Positions 18,099 to 27,087 of a DNA stretch of 64,000 nucleotides are shown in pieces (the stretch's first letter is position 1; every line of letters begins with the position of its first letter). Below the pieces are notes generated by a model. The model worked only from the letters and a program-made list of their open reading frames with translations, did not search any database and had not been told where the DNA came from. This DNA is from an uncultured Candidatus Binatia bacterium (GTDB lineage: Bacteria; Desulfobacterota; Binatia; UBA9968; JAJDTQ01): positions 1,088,001-1,152,000 of the forward strand of contig OZ251459.1 in assembly GCA_965242525.1 (NCBI GenBank), written 5' to 3'. Both the position numbers and the translations under genes were made by a program.

Positions 18099-18509
18099 AT
18101 GACCGATTTCGAGATGGCGTCGCTGGCCGTCCGAATCCTGGTCGGGGCGGGTCAGATCGCAGTGGTGTGGTGCGGGATCAGGGCCATGCTGCGGGTTACG
18201 GCCGACCGGGAAACCCAGGGCAAGGAGCAGGCCGAGGCGTCCAGACAGCAGCACGTGGAAGTGATGGCGGCTGCGGACCGGCGGCACGCCGAAGCCATGC
18301 AAGCCGCCGACCGGCAACACACCGAGAACATGAAGGAATCCGAGCGGCGACATGCCGAGACCATGCAGGCTGCCGACCGGCAACACGTCGAGAACATGAA
18401 AGCATCCGAACGGCAGCACGCCGAGACCATGGCCCTCCTGGATGCGCAACGCCGGGCCCTGGAGGCCCTCATCGAGCGCACCGCGCCGCCAAGGGAAAAC
18501 CGTGTGTAA
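18099..18509 (+). CDS. Single-TM protein with His-containing 11-aa repeats, copy 1 (136 aa)
   Basis: GGAGG RBS; MTDFEMASLAVRILVGAGQIAVVWCGIRAM… then 6 [AS][DER]R[RQ]H.E.M.. units, ending LDAQRRALEALIERTAPPRENRV. Confidence 0.85.
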   Translation: MTDFEMASLAVRILVGAGQIAVVWCGIRAMLRVTADRETQGKEQAEASRQQHVEVMAAADRRHAEAMQAADRQHTENMKESERRHAETMQAADRQHVENMKASERQHAETMALLDAQRRALEALIERTAPPRENRV

Positions 18510-18571
18510 CGAAAGCCGCACAACCACCGGAAGCGCCGTTCCTTTCATGGAAGCATGACGGGAGGACCATC

Positions 18572-19111
18572 ATGACCGATTTCGAGATGGCGTCGCTGGC
18601 CGCCCGAATCCTGGTCGGGGCGGGTCAGATCGCAGTGGTATGGTATGGGATCAGGACCATGCTGCGGGTCACGGCCGACCGGGAAGCCCAGGGCAAGGAG
18701 CAGGCCGAGGCGTCCAGACGGCAGCACGTGGAAGTGATGGCGGCTGCGGACCGGCGGCACGCCGAAGCCATGCAAGCTGCCGATCGGCAACACGTCGAGA
18801 ACATGAAAGCATCCGATCGGCGACATGCAGAGACCATGGCTGTCCTGGATGCGCAACGCCGGACCTTGGATGCATCTGAGCAGCAGCACACCGAGACCGT
18901 GAAATCATCCGAGCGGCAACACAGCGAGACCGTGAAGTCATCCGAGCAGCAACACACCGAGACCGTGAAGGCATCCGAACGGCAACACACCGAGAGAATG
19001 AAGGCATCCGAGCGGCAACACGCTGAGACCATGGCTGTCCTGGATGCGCAACGCCGGGCCCTGGAGGCTCTCATCGAGCGCACCGCGCCGCCAAGGGAAA
19101 ACCGTACGTAA
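18572..19111 (+). CDS. Single-TM His-repeat protein, copy 2 (179 aa)
   Basis: Same N- and C-termini as copy 1; 9 His units plus an internal partial duplication of LDAQRR. Confidence 0.85.
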   Translation: MTDFEMASLAARILVGAGQIAVVWYGIRTMLRVTADREAQGKEQAEASRRQHVEVMAAADRRHAEAMQAADRQHVENMKASDRRHAETMAVLDAQRRTLDASEQQHTETVKSSERQHSETVKSSEQQHTETVKASERQHTERMKASERQHAETMAVLDAQRRALEALIERTAPPRENRT

Positions 19112-19159
19112 CGAAAGCTACGCAACCACCGGAAGCGCCGACAACTGCTTGACGAAGCA

Positions 19160-19211
19160 TTGCGAGTATCAAAGTGGTTGGCTATATTGACTAGTTGAAT
19201 AAACTGGTTGA
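19160..19211 (+). promoter_or_regulatory. Putative TA promoter/operator
   Basis: TTGCGA-17-TATATT followed by two ACTRGTTGA repeats. Confidence 0.45.
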
Positions 19212-19229
19212 TTTCGGTAGGAGATTCCC

Positions 19230-19469
19230 ATGATCGAAGTCGGCGCGTTCGACGCGAAGACGCATTTGTCTTCGCTCCTCGAGAAAGTCTCGCAGGGCGA
19301 GGAAGTACTCATCCGCAGACGAGGCGTGCCCGTTGCCCGGCTCGTGCCCGTCCACCGCACCGAAGAGGCGCAGGTAGAGGAAGCCATTGCCGCATTGCGC
19401 GCCCACCGCACGGGTATGAAGCTGGGCGGCCTCGACTGGAAGGAACTGCGCGACGGCGGACGGCGGTGA
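19230..19469 (+). CDS. Phd/YefM family antitoxin
   Basis: MIEVGAFDAKTHLSSLLEKVSQGEEVLIRRRGVPVARLVP; AGGAGA RBS. Confidence 0.93.
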   Translation: MIEVGAFDAKTHLSSLLEKVSQGEEVLIRRRGVPVARLVPVHRTEEAQVEEAIAALRAHRTGMKLGGLDWKELRDGGRR

Positions 19470-19480
19470 GCGTCTTCGTT
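19466..19480 (+). pseudogene. Stump of a PIN/VapC toxin gene (about 5 codons)
   Basis: GTGA overlap with the antitoxin stop gives MSVFV, like the start of a PIN domain (xxVLD), then unrelated sequence. Confidence 0.45.
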
Positions 19481-19724
19481 CCGGCAGTTTGCCAATGTTT
19501 GCTCCGTCTGGTCAGCTAATACCGGCGCCATTGAGGAAACTGGGCTTGGGCTTGGGAAGTTCGAGACGGTGTAGCCCGAAGACCTTGCATGATCCCGGAC
19601 ACCAACATCGAGGGTCTCGGAGCAGGGCTCCCGCGGTTTTTTCGATCTCGATGCTCTCGAACCCGAAAGTTATTGTCGTTCCTGCCGATGGTTCCTTTCA
19701 TGGAAACATGACGGGAGGACCATC

Positions 19725-20036
19725 ATGACCGATTTCGAGATGGCGTCGCTGGCCGCCCGAATCGTGGTCGGGGCGGGTCAGATCGCAGTGGTATGGTGCG
19801 GGATCAGGGCCATGCTGCGGGTTACGGCCGACAGGGAAACCCAAGGCAAAGAGCAGGCCGAGGCGGCCAGACGGCAGCACGTGGAAGTGATGGCGGCTGC
19901 GGACCGGCGGCACGCCGAAGCCATGCAGGCTGCCGAACGGCAGCACGCCGAGACCATGGCCGTCCTGGATGCGCAACGCCGGGCCCTGGAGGCTCTCATC
20001 GAGCGCACCGCGCCGCCAAGGGAAAACCGTACGTAA
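19725..20036 (+). CDS. Single-TM His-repeat protein, copy 3 (103 aa)
   Basis: Same termini as copies 1 and 2; 3 His units. Confidence 0.85.
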   Translation: MTDFEMASLAARIVVGAGQIAVVWCGIRAMLRVTADRETQGKEQAEAARRQHVEVMAAADRRHAEAMQAAERQHAETMAVLDAQRRALEALIERTAPPRENRT

Positions 20037-20111
20037 GCTCCGTTCTTGGTCCACGCCGAAACGGCGCTCCACACGCTCAAGGCTGCCGATGGTTCCTTCC
20101 ATGGAAAATTC

Positions 20112-20394
20112 GGCTCTTCAGGAATTCGTGTGGGTAAGGCAGGAAGGAAAGGGAAGCGACGTCTCCGCGGACACTCACCCGTCATTCCCGCAAACGCCCC
20201 ACCTTCCGTCATTCCCGCGAAAGCGGGAATCCAGACCTTGCGAGCAAACCCCGTGGACGCCCTGACGAGAGGGTTTGTACAACGAGAGCGAGGAAACTGG
20301 ATGGATTCCCGCTTTCGCGGGGATGACGAGGCGAGGCTTTCGCGGGGATGACAGGATGGGGAGTGTCGCAACCCACACGAATTCCGGAAGCGCC
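20112..20394. mobile_element. MITE (family B) containing an inverted pair of CGTCATTCCCGCGAAAGCGGGAATCCA REPs
   Basis: 24-bp TIRs GGCTCTTCAGGAATTCGTGTGGGT / ACCCACACGAATTCCGGAAGCGCC. Confidence 0.8.
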
Positions 20395-20502
20395 CCGAAG
20401 CCTTGCCACTCGAAAGCCCGGCAACCGGCCTTGCACAGGCAGGGCCTGCCGTGTATTTCTTGGACGCTGTGAGGAAGGTATTCCGCCAAGTCAGGAGTTG
20501 AC

Positions 20503-22203
20503 GTGCCGTCGCTGCAATTCAAGGGGAAGGTGTTCGTGGAGAACTTCCATCTGGGGGTTCCGTTCCACGAGTTGATCCCGGTGCGCGGCAAGGGGCTGGG
20601 CAGGAAGGCGAGCCTGCACGACAACCTGGTGATCGAGGGGGACAACCTTGCCGCGCTGAAGGCGCTGCTGCCCACCTACCACGGCAAGGTGAAGTGCATC
20701 TACATCGACCCGCCCTACAACACCGGCAACGAAGGCTGGGCCTACAACGACCGGGTGAACTCCCCCATGATGCAGGACTGGTTCGGCAAGGTGGTGGACC
20801 GGGACGACCTGACCCGCCACGACAAGTGGTGCTGCATGATGCTGCCCCGGTTGAAGCTGCTGCGCGAACTGCTGCGGGACGACGGGGCCATCTTCGTGTC
20901 CATCGACGACAACGAGGTGCATCGGCTGCGGTCCTTGATGGATGAGGTGTTCGGGGAAGACAACTTCGTCGGCATGATCGCTTGGAGAAACGTCACAGAC
21001 AACAACCCAACCAACATCAGTGTCGAGCACGAGTACATGGCATGTTATGCAGCATCCAAGGATCGACTCGAGACGGTATGGCAGTCCACGCTTCCGATTC
21101 AACAAAAACTGATCGACGTGGGCAACGAGTTCGTTGCCAACTATCTCGATCAGGAGGAACGCCAAGCAGAGTACACCAAGTGGTTCAGCCAAAATCGGAG
21201 CCAACTTCGTCCACTCGACCGTTACAAATACATAGATGCTCAGGGCGTCTATACTGGTAGCCAGAGTGTCCACAACCCTGGAAAGGAAGGTTACCGGTAC
21301 GACGTTATTCATCCCAAGACGGGGAAGCCGTGCAAACAACCTTTGATGGGGTATCGTTTTCCACTGGAGACGATGCAAGAGATGCTAAGGCAAGAACGAA
21401 TCCTGTTTGGAGAAGACGACAGCAAGATCATCGAGATCAAACTCTATGCCACTGAATACCGATCCAAGTTGCCCAGTGTCATTGATCTCGATACGAGACT
21501 GGGATCGTATGAACTCAAGGACATCTTTCCCGAACACAAGCGAGCTTTTGACTTTCCAAAACCTTCCCAATTGATTCATGACCTCGTTTCATTCGCCACC
21601 GACAAGGACTCCATCATCCTCGACTCCTTCGCCGGCTCCGGCACTACCGCCCAGGCGGTCCTGGCGCTGAACCGGGAGGACGGCGGCAACCGCCGTTTCG
21701 TGCTGGTCGAGTGCGAGGACTACGTGGATTCGATCACCGCGGAGCGGGTCCGGCGGGTCATCGCGGGCGTGCCCTCCGCAAAGGATGCGTCCCTCAAGGC
21801 CGGTCTTGGCGGCACCTTCAGCTACTTCAAGCTGGGGCGCCCCATGCGGCGGGAGTCCATGCTGGGCGGGGCGAAGCTGCCGAGCTACGAGAAGCTGGCC
21901 GGGTACGTCTTCTTTACCGCCACGGGCGAGGAGTTCGAGCCCGAAAAGCTGAATCGGAACAGGTGGTTCATCGGCAAGAGCCGGCTGTACGACGTGTTCC
22001 TCATCTATTCGGAAGACGTGGACGAGCTCAAGGACATGGCCTTGACCCTGGACGCCGCTCGAAAACTGTCCCGGGGCCAGCGCAACAAGCTGGTCTTCGC
22101 GCCCACCAAGTACGTGGAGCGGGAGTTCCTGCACCAGTACCGCATCACGTTCCAGCAACTGCCCTTCGAGATATACGAGGCGGTGGAAAAGCTCGAACGA
22201 TGA
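20503..22203 (+). CDS. mod: Type III R-M methyltransferase (Mod), system 1
   Basis: YIDPPYNTG (motif IV) before DSFAGSGTT (motif I), with a central lower-GC TRD; AGGAG RBS. Confidence 0.92.
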   Translation: MPSLQFKGKVFVENFHLGVPFHELIPVRGKGLGRKASLHDNLVIEGDNLAALKALLPTYHGKVKCIYIDPPYNTGNEGWAYNDRVNSPMMQDWFGKVVDRDDLTRHDKWCCMMLPRLKLLRELLRDDGAIFVSIDDNEVHRLRSLMDEVFGEDNFVGMIAWRNVTDNNPTNISVEHEYMACYAASKDRLETVWQSTLPIQQKLIDVGNEFVANYLDQEERQAEYTKWFSQNRSQLRPLDRYKYIDAQGVYTGSQSVHNPGKEGYRYDVIHPKTGKPCKQPLMGYRFPLETMQEMLRQERILFGEDDSKIIEIKLYATEYRSKLPSVIDLDTRLGSYELKDIFPEHKRAFDFPKPSQLIHDLVSFATDKDSIILDSFAGSGTTAQAVLALNREDGGNRRFVLVECEDYVDSITAERVRRVIAGVPSAKDASLKAGLGGTFSYFKLGRPMRRESMLGGAKLPSYEKLAGYVFFTATGEEFEPEKLNRNRWFIGKSRLYDVFLIYSEDVDELKDMALTLDAARKLSRGQRNKLVFAPTKYVEREFLHQYRITFQQLPFEIYEAVEKLER

Positions 22204-24731
22204 TCCTCAAGGAATACCAGAAGCAGGCGCTGGAGACGGTGCAGAAGTTCCTGGAGCAGCTATCCGAGTGGCGCGGGAAGGCCGAGGCGGTCATGGAGGT
22301 GGCGCCGGACCTGCCGGTGGACTGGGTGGGGAAGGCGTGGAGCAACACGGCGCCGGGCCGGGCCTACCTGCCGCGCAGGAACGGCCTGGGCGAGCCGCTG
22401 CCGGCGTTCTGCCTGAAGATCCCCACCGGAGGCGGCAAGACCCTCCTGGCCACGAAGGTCATCGACCTGGTGAACACCCGCTTCCGGCGGCGGCAGACCG
22501 GGCTGGTGCTGTGGATCGTGCCCAGCGCCCAGATCTACGACCAGACGCTGAAGGCATTGAAGGACCGGGACCACCCCTACCGGCAGCAACTCGACGTGGC
22601 CTCCGCGGGCCGCACCCTGGTGCTGGAGAAGACCACCGGCTTCGGACCGCAGGACGTGCGGGAGAACCTGTGCGTGTTGTTGCTGATGCTGCCATCGGCC
22701 AACCGGGAGACCCGGGAGCAGCTCCGGATGTTCCGGGACAGCGGCGGCTTCGACCGCTTCTTTCCGTCGGACGACGACCCTTCGGCCCACGAGGCGCTGC
22801 TGCGGGAGGCGCCGAACCTGGACACGTTCGAGCGGGCGGGCGGGGTGTGGGGGAAACCGGCCAAGACCTCCCTGGGCAACGCGTTGCGCCTGCTGCGACC
22901 GCTGGTCATCCTGGACGAAGGCCACCGGGCCTACAGCCGCAACGCCAAGGCGACCCTCGAAGGGTTCAACCCGTGCATGGTCGTGGAGTTGTCCGCCACG
23001 CCGCCGCGGGAAGCCAACGTGCTGGTGGAGATCTCCGGCCGGGCGCTCGACGCCGAAGAGATGATCAAGCTGGACCTGCACATCGCCAACAAGGCCAGGG
23101 CGAGTTGGCAGGACACGCTGCTGGCCGCGGTGGAGCACCGAAACTCGCTGGAAGCCCGGGCGCGGGAGCACGAGGCCGAGACCGGCGAATACATCCGCCC
23201 CATCTGCCTCGTCCAGGTGGAGCGCACGGGCCGGGAACAGCGCCGGGCCGGGGTCATCCACGCGGACGACGCCCGGGACTACCTGTTGACCTGTCCCGGA
23301 ATCCGTCCCGAGCACGTGGCGGTGAAGACAAGCCAACGGGACGAGTTGAAGGAAGTGGACGAGGTGGGCGGCCTGCTGTCGCGGGACTGTCCCATCCGTT
23401 TCATCATCACCAGGCAGGCGCTGCAGGAGGGCTGGGACTGCTCGTTCGCCTACGTCCTCGCCATACTCGCCAACCCCGCTTCCGCGAGCGCATTGACGCA
23501 ACTGGTGGGCCGCATCCTCCGCCAGCCCCACGCCAGGAAGACCCGGGTCCCGGCGCTGGACGAAAGCTACGTCTTCTGCTTCCAGCGCCGGGGCGCGGAC
23601 CTGTTGCAGGAGGTGCGCAAGGGGTTCGGCCTGGAAGGGTTGCAGGGACTGGAAGGCAAGGTGGTGGAGGACCCCGAAGGACCGGTGGCGCCCAGCAAGC
23701 CGGTGGTGACGCGACAGCGGCCTCCGTACCGGAACGCCGCCCGGGACCTGGTGCTGCCGGCGTTCATGGTGCGGGACGGCCGGGAGTGGCGGTTGGTGCA
23801 TTACGAGGCCGACATCCTCTCCCGCGTGCGCTGGGACGAGGTGGACGTAAGCCCGCTGTTCGACTTGGCGCTCAGCCGGGAGGGAAGCGGGGACTTCACC
23901 CTCAGCACCGGGCTGGACGCGGGCCGGCTGCTGGCCGATGGCGAGACCGCGGCGACCGTGGCCGAAGAAGGCGTCATCGACTACTACTTCGCCGCCAGCC
24001 ACCTGCGCGACGTCATGCCCAACCCGTGGCGCGGCGCGGAAGCGGCCCGGCGGGTGTTCGACGAATTGCTCGGGAAACGCCCGCGGGAGCAGGTGGCCGC
24101 CAACTACCTGTTCGTGCTGGAAGAGTTGCGCAAGCAACTGGAGCGCGAACGGGACAGGCTTTCGCGGCGGGTGTTCGAGGAGATGCTGCGGTCGGGGACC
24201 CTGCGCTTCATCGTAGTGACCGACGACCTGCAATGGAACCGGCTGCCGCGCACCATCGAGACGCCGGACGCGAAGCAGGCCAACCGGGAGGACGGCGGCG
24301 CCTACCAGTTCAACCTGTTCGACCGGACCAACGAAGACGACTTGAACGGCCTGGAGAACAAGGTGGCCACCTACCTGGACCGGCAGGAGCGGCTGTTCTT
24401 CTGGTACCGGAACCGCGCCCGCAGGGACTACTACGTGCAGGGCTGGAAACCCCGGCGCATCTACGCGGACTTCATCGTGACCCTCAGGCCCGACGAGCCC
24501 GACGCAGAGGACGAATACCACCGGGTCTTCGTGCTGGAGACCAAGGGCGTCCACCTGAAGGGCTCCGAGGACACCGCCTACAAGCGCTCGGTGTTCGACC
24601 TCTGCTCCAGGCACGCCCGGAAGACGGACTGGTCGGAGTTCGTGCCGGCCATGCGCAACAAGGTGGTGCGCTTCGAGGTCGTGGACGAAGAGGAATGGCA
24701 GCAGCGCCTGAACGCGATGCTGGCGGCGTAG
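22200..24731 (+). CDS. res: Type III R-M restriction helicase/endonuclease (Res), system 1
   Basis: IPTGGGKT, LDEGH, LQEGWD, QLVGRILR and C-terminal ADF…LETKG nuclease; ATGA overlap with mod. Confidence 0.9.
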   Translation: MILKEYQKQALETVQKFLEQLSEWRGKAEAVMEVAPDLPVDWVGKAWSNTAPGRAYLPRRNGLGEPLPAFCLKIPTGGGKTLLATKVIDLVNTRFRRRQTGLVLWIVPSAQIYDQTLKALKDRDHPYRQQLDVASAGRTLVLEKTTGFGPQDVRENLCVLLLMLPSANRETREQLRMFRDSGGFDRFFPSDDDPSAHEALLREAPNLDTFERAGGVWGKPAKTSLGNALRLLRPLVILDEGHRAYSRNAKATLEGFNPCMVVELSATPPREANVLVEISGRALDAEEMIKLDLHIANKARASWQDTLLAAVEHRNSLEARAREHEAETGEYIRPICLVQVERTGREQRRAGVIHADDARDYLLTCPGIRPEHVAVKTSQRDELKEVDEVGGLLSRDCPIRFIITRQALQEGWDCSFAYVLAILANPASASALTQLVGRILRQPHARKTRVPALDESYVFCFQRRGADLLQEVRKGFGLEGLQGLEGKVVEDPEGPVAPSKPVVTRQRPPYRNAARDLVLPAFMVRDGREWRLVHYEADILSRVRWDEVDVSPLFDLALSREGSGDFTLSTGLDAGRLLADGETAATVAEEGVIDYYFAASHLRDVMPNPWRGAEAARRVFDELLGKRPREQVAANYLFVLEELRKQLERERDRLSRRVFEEMLRSGTLRFIVVTDDLQWNRLPRTIETPDAKQANREDGGAYQFNLFDRTNEDDLNGLENKVATYLDRQERLFFWYRNRARRDYYVQGWKPRRIYADFIVTLRPDEPDAEDEYHRVFVLETKGVHLKGSEDTAYKRSVFDLCSRHARKTDWSEFVPAMRNKVVRFEVVDEEEWQQRLNAMLAA

Positions 24732-24766
24732 CTTGGCGGCCGTCGCACGAGGGCAGGGGAGAGGCC

Positions 24767-26134
24767 ATGAGCGAGAGACACACACTGCCGTACCATGACA
24801 TGCGGGGCCTCATGGCGTTGCTGGAATCCGAGGGGCAGCTTCGGCGGATCCGCAAGCCGGTGGATGCGCGCCATCTCCATACGCTGCTGGCCCAGGCCGA
24901 CACCGCGCTGTTGATGGAGGACGTCGAGGGCTATGACATACCGGTGGCGGGGGGACTGGTGGGGTCGCGCCAGCGGGTGGCCCTGGGGCTCGGCTGCGAC
25001 CAGCGGACCCTGGGGCGCAGGTTCATGGAAGCTCTGGACGACCCGGTGGAGGCGGAGGCGGCGACGGACGGTCCGTGCCAGGAAGTGGTGAAGGTGGGCG
25101 ATGAGGTGGACCTCACGGAGTTGCCCATCCCCTTGCAACACAGGAAGGACGGCGGACCGTACCTCTCGGCCGGCGTCTCGGTGTCCAGGGACCCGGAAGG
25201 GCGGCGCAACGCCGGGTGCTACCGGCTCATGTACCGGACCCCGCGGGAGACCGGCATCGACCTGGTGTCGCCGTCGGACATGCGCTTCAGCTACGAGGCA
25301 GCGCTCGGGCGGGGCGAGCCGCTGCCCATCGCCGTGGCCTTCGGCGTGGGCACGCCCGAGCTCATCGCCGCGGCCTACAAGGCGCCGCCGGGGTACGACG
25401 AGTTCGCGGTGGCCGGGGCGTTGTACGGCAGGCCGGTCCCCCTGGTGAAATGCAAGACCGTGGACCTGGAGGTCCCCGCCCATGCGGAGGTCGTCCTGGA
25501 AGGGGAGATCTCCACCGATGGCTGGACCATCGACGAGGGCCGTTACGGGGACTTCACCGGGCACCAGTGCTCCATCCGCTGGAACCCGGTGTTCCGGGTC
25601 AAGGCGGTGACGCACCGCAAGCGCCCGATCCTCCAAACCATCCTGATGCCGTGGGAGAACGACTGGCTGGAGGCCCCGCCGCTGGAGGCCGCGGGATGGC
25701 GCGCCCTGCGCGAGGCGAGCGTCAGGACCGCGGCGGTGTACGCCACCCCGGGAAGCGCGTGCTACTGGCACCTCTACGCCGCCGTCCACAAGCGGCCCGG
25801 CGAAGGCAAGAACGCGCTCCTGGCGCTCATGTCCCTGCACGCGGTGAAACTGGTGCTGGTCACCGACGCCGATGTGGACTTGACCGACCCCATGGCGGTG
25901 GAGCGGGCCATGGCCTTCCGGGTCCGGCCCGACGAGGACGTGGTCATCGTCTCCGGCGCCCGGGGCAAGCACCTGGACCCGACCCTCAACGCCTCCCGGC
26001 TCGCCAGGGGTTCGCTCCCCACCACTTCCAAGATGGGCATCGATGCCACCATCCCCGAGGACGTGGACCCCGCGGAGTACGAACGGTTGGAGTACCCGTT
26101 CATGGACCGGGCCAAGCTCGAAGACTTCCTGTAG
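24767..26134 (+). CDS. UbiD family decarboxylase
   Basis: DLTELPIP..HRKDGGPY, NAGCYR, EVPAHAEVVLEG, EGRYGDFTG, SKMGIDAT. Confidence 0.92.
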   Translation: MSERHTLPYHDMRGLMALLESEGQLRRIRKPVDARHLHTLLAQADTALLMEDVEGYDIPVAGGLVGSRQRVALGLGCDQRTLGRRFMEALDDPVEAEAATDGPCQEVVKVGDEVDLTELPIPLQHRKDGGPYLSAGVSVSRDPEGRRNAGCYRLMYRTPRETGIDLVSPSDMRFSYEAALGRGEPLPIAVAFGVGTPELIAAAYKAPPGYDEFAVAGALYGRPVPLVKCKTVDLEVPAHAEVVLEGEISTDGWTIDEGRYGDFTGHQCSIRWNPVFRVKAVTHRKRPILQTILMPWENDWLEAPPLEAAGWRALREASVRTAAVYATPGSACYWHLYAAVHKRPGEGKNALLALMSLHAVKLVLVTDADVDLTDPMAVERAMAFRVRPDEDVVIVSGARGKHLDPTLNASRLARGSLPTTSKMGIDATIPEDVDPAEYERLEYPFMDRAKLEDFL

Positions 26135-26180
26135 AGGACCCCGACTAAACTTCCCGCGTTCCCTGCCGATTCCCTGCCTC

Positions 26181-26963
26181 ATGGACGAGGCGAGCGGTGG
26201 AGCCGTCCGCGCCTCGGGGCGCGCGGCTCGACGGATACTGACCGCGGTACTGGACGTCGTCTTCCCGCCCTGTTGCGAGGCTTGCGAGAGCTTCCTTCCG
26301 TCCGGGTCCCGGGACTGCTTCTGCGCACCCTGCCGCGACCGGCTCCGGCTCGTCCGGCCGCCGTTCTGTCCCCGGTGCGGGCGGCCCTACCTGCACGACT
26401 GGCAGGGCGGGCACCTGTGCGGCGGCTGCCTGCTCCAGCCCCCGTGCTTCTCCCTTGCGCGCAGTTGGGCCTGTTACCCGCGGGACGGGGATCCGGCGCA
26501 TCCGTTGCGGCAGGTGGTCCACAGGTTCAAGTACGGGAGGGCCGCGTCCCTCGGACAGCCCCTCGGACGGATCATGGCCCGGTCCTGCCAGCCGTGGTTC
26601 CGGACCGCGTCCCTGGACCTCGTGGTCCCCGTGCCCCTGCATCCCCGGCGGCTCCGGTGGCGCGGCTTCAACCAGTCCGTGTTGCTGGGCCGGGAAGTCG
26701 GCCGCGCCTGGGGCATACCCCTGGACCCCTTCGTCCTGACCCGGAAGGTGGAGACCACGCCGCAGACCACCCTCGCCATGAGGGAACGGCGTTCCAACGT
26801 GCGCGGCGCTTTCGCGGTGCGCAGGTCCGTGGAGGGGAAACGGTTGCTGCTGGTGGACGACGTCTATACCTCCGGGGCAACCGTCAACGAATGCGCCCGG
26901 GCGCTGCTGCGCTCCGGGGCCCGTGACGTGCAGGCGCTCACGCTGGCCCGGACCATGTCCTGA
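26181..26963 (+). CDS. comF: ComF family protein (double Zn ribbon plus PRTase)
   Basis: Several CxxC pairs, VPLHPRRLRWRGFNQS, LLVDDVYTSGAT. Confidence 0.9.
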   Translation: MDEASGGAVRASGRAARRILTAVLDVVFPPCCEACESFLPSGSRDCFCAPCRDRLRLVRPPFCPRCGRPYLHDWQGGHLCGGCLLQPPCFSLARSWACYPRDGDPAHPLRQVVHRFKYGRAASLGQPLGRIMARSCQPWFRTASLDLVVPVPLHPRRLRWRGFNQSVLLGREVGRAWGIPLDPFVLTRKVETTPQTTLAMRERRSNVRGAFAVRRSVEGKRLLLVDDVYTSGATVNECARALLRSGARDVQALTLARTMS

Positions 26964-27087
26964 CTCCGCGGGGCCGCGGCCGCCGGAGCGCACCCCCGGA
27001 ATCGGCCTGTACGGGGCCGCGGGCGAAGCCCCCGTGCCGCGCGGGACCACGGCCGCCGGAAGCCAAACCGGGGCAGGCTGGATTTGG

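Noticed and set aside
18230-19080. 33-bp repeats as a CRISPR array
   Set aside because: The units are contiguous, in frame and degenerate at codon level, with no unique spacers and no cas genes.
18099-20036. Paralog array as a DGR template/variable repeat or shufflon
   Set aside because: No reverse transcriptase or recombinase in the window, and the differences are not adenine-specific.
20503-22203. Phase-variable mod (phasevarion)
   Set aside because: No simple-sequence repeat tract was seen in either mod gene or its upstream region.
22268-24766. Very long alternative-frame and antisense ORFs (e.g. N-terminal part of 22268-26134, 22260-24785, 52821-55655, 52894-55638, 27331-29967)
   Set aside because: Shadow ORFs typical of high-GC DNA; they are Arg/Gly/Pro-rich and overlap well-supported genes.
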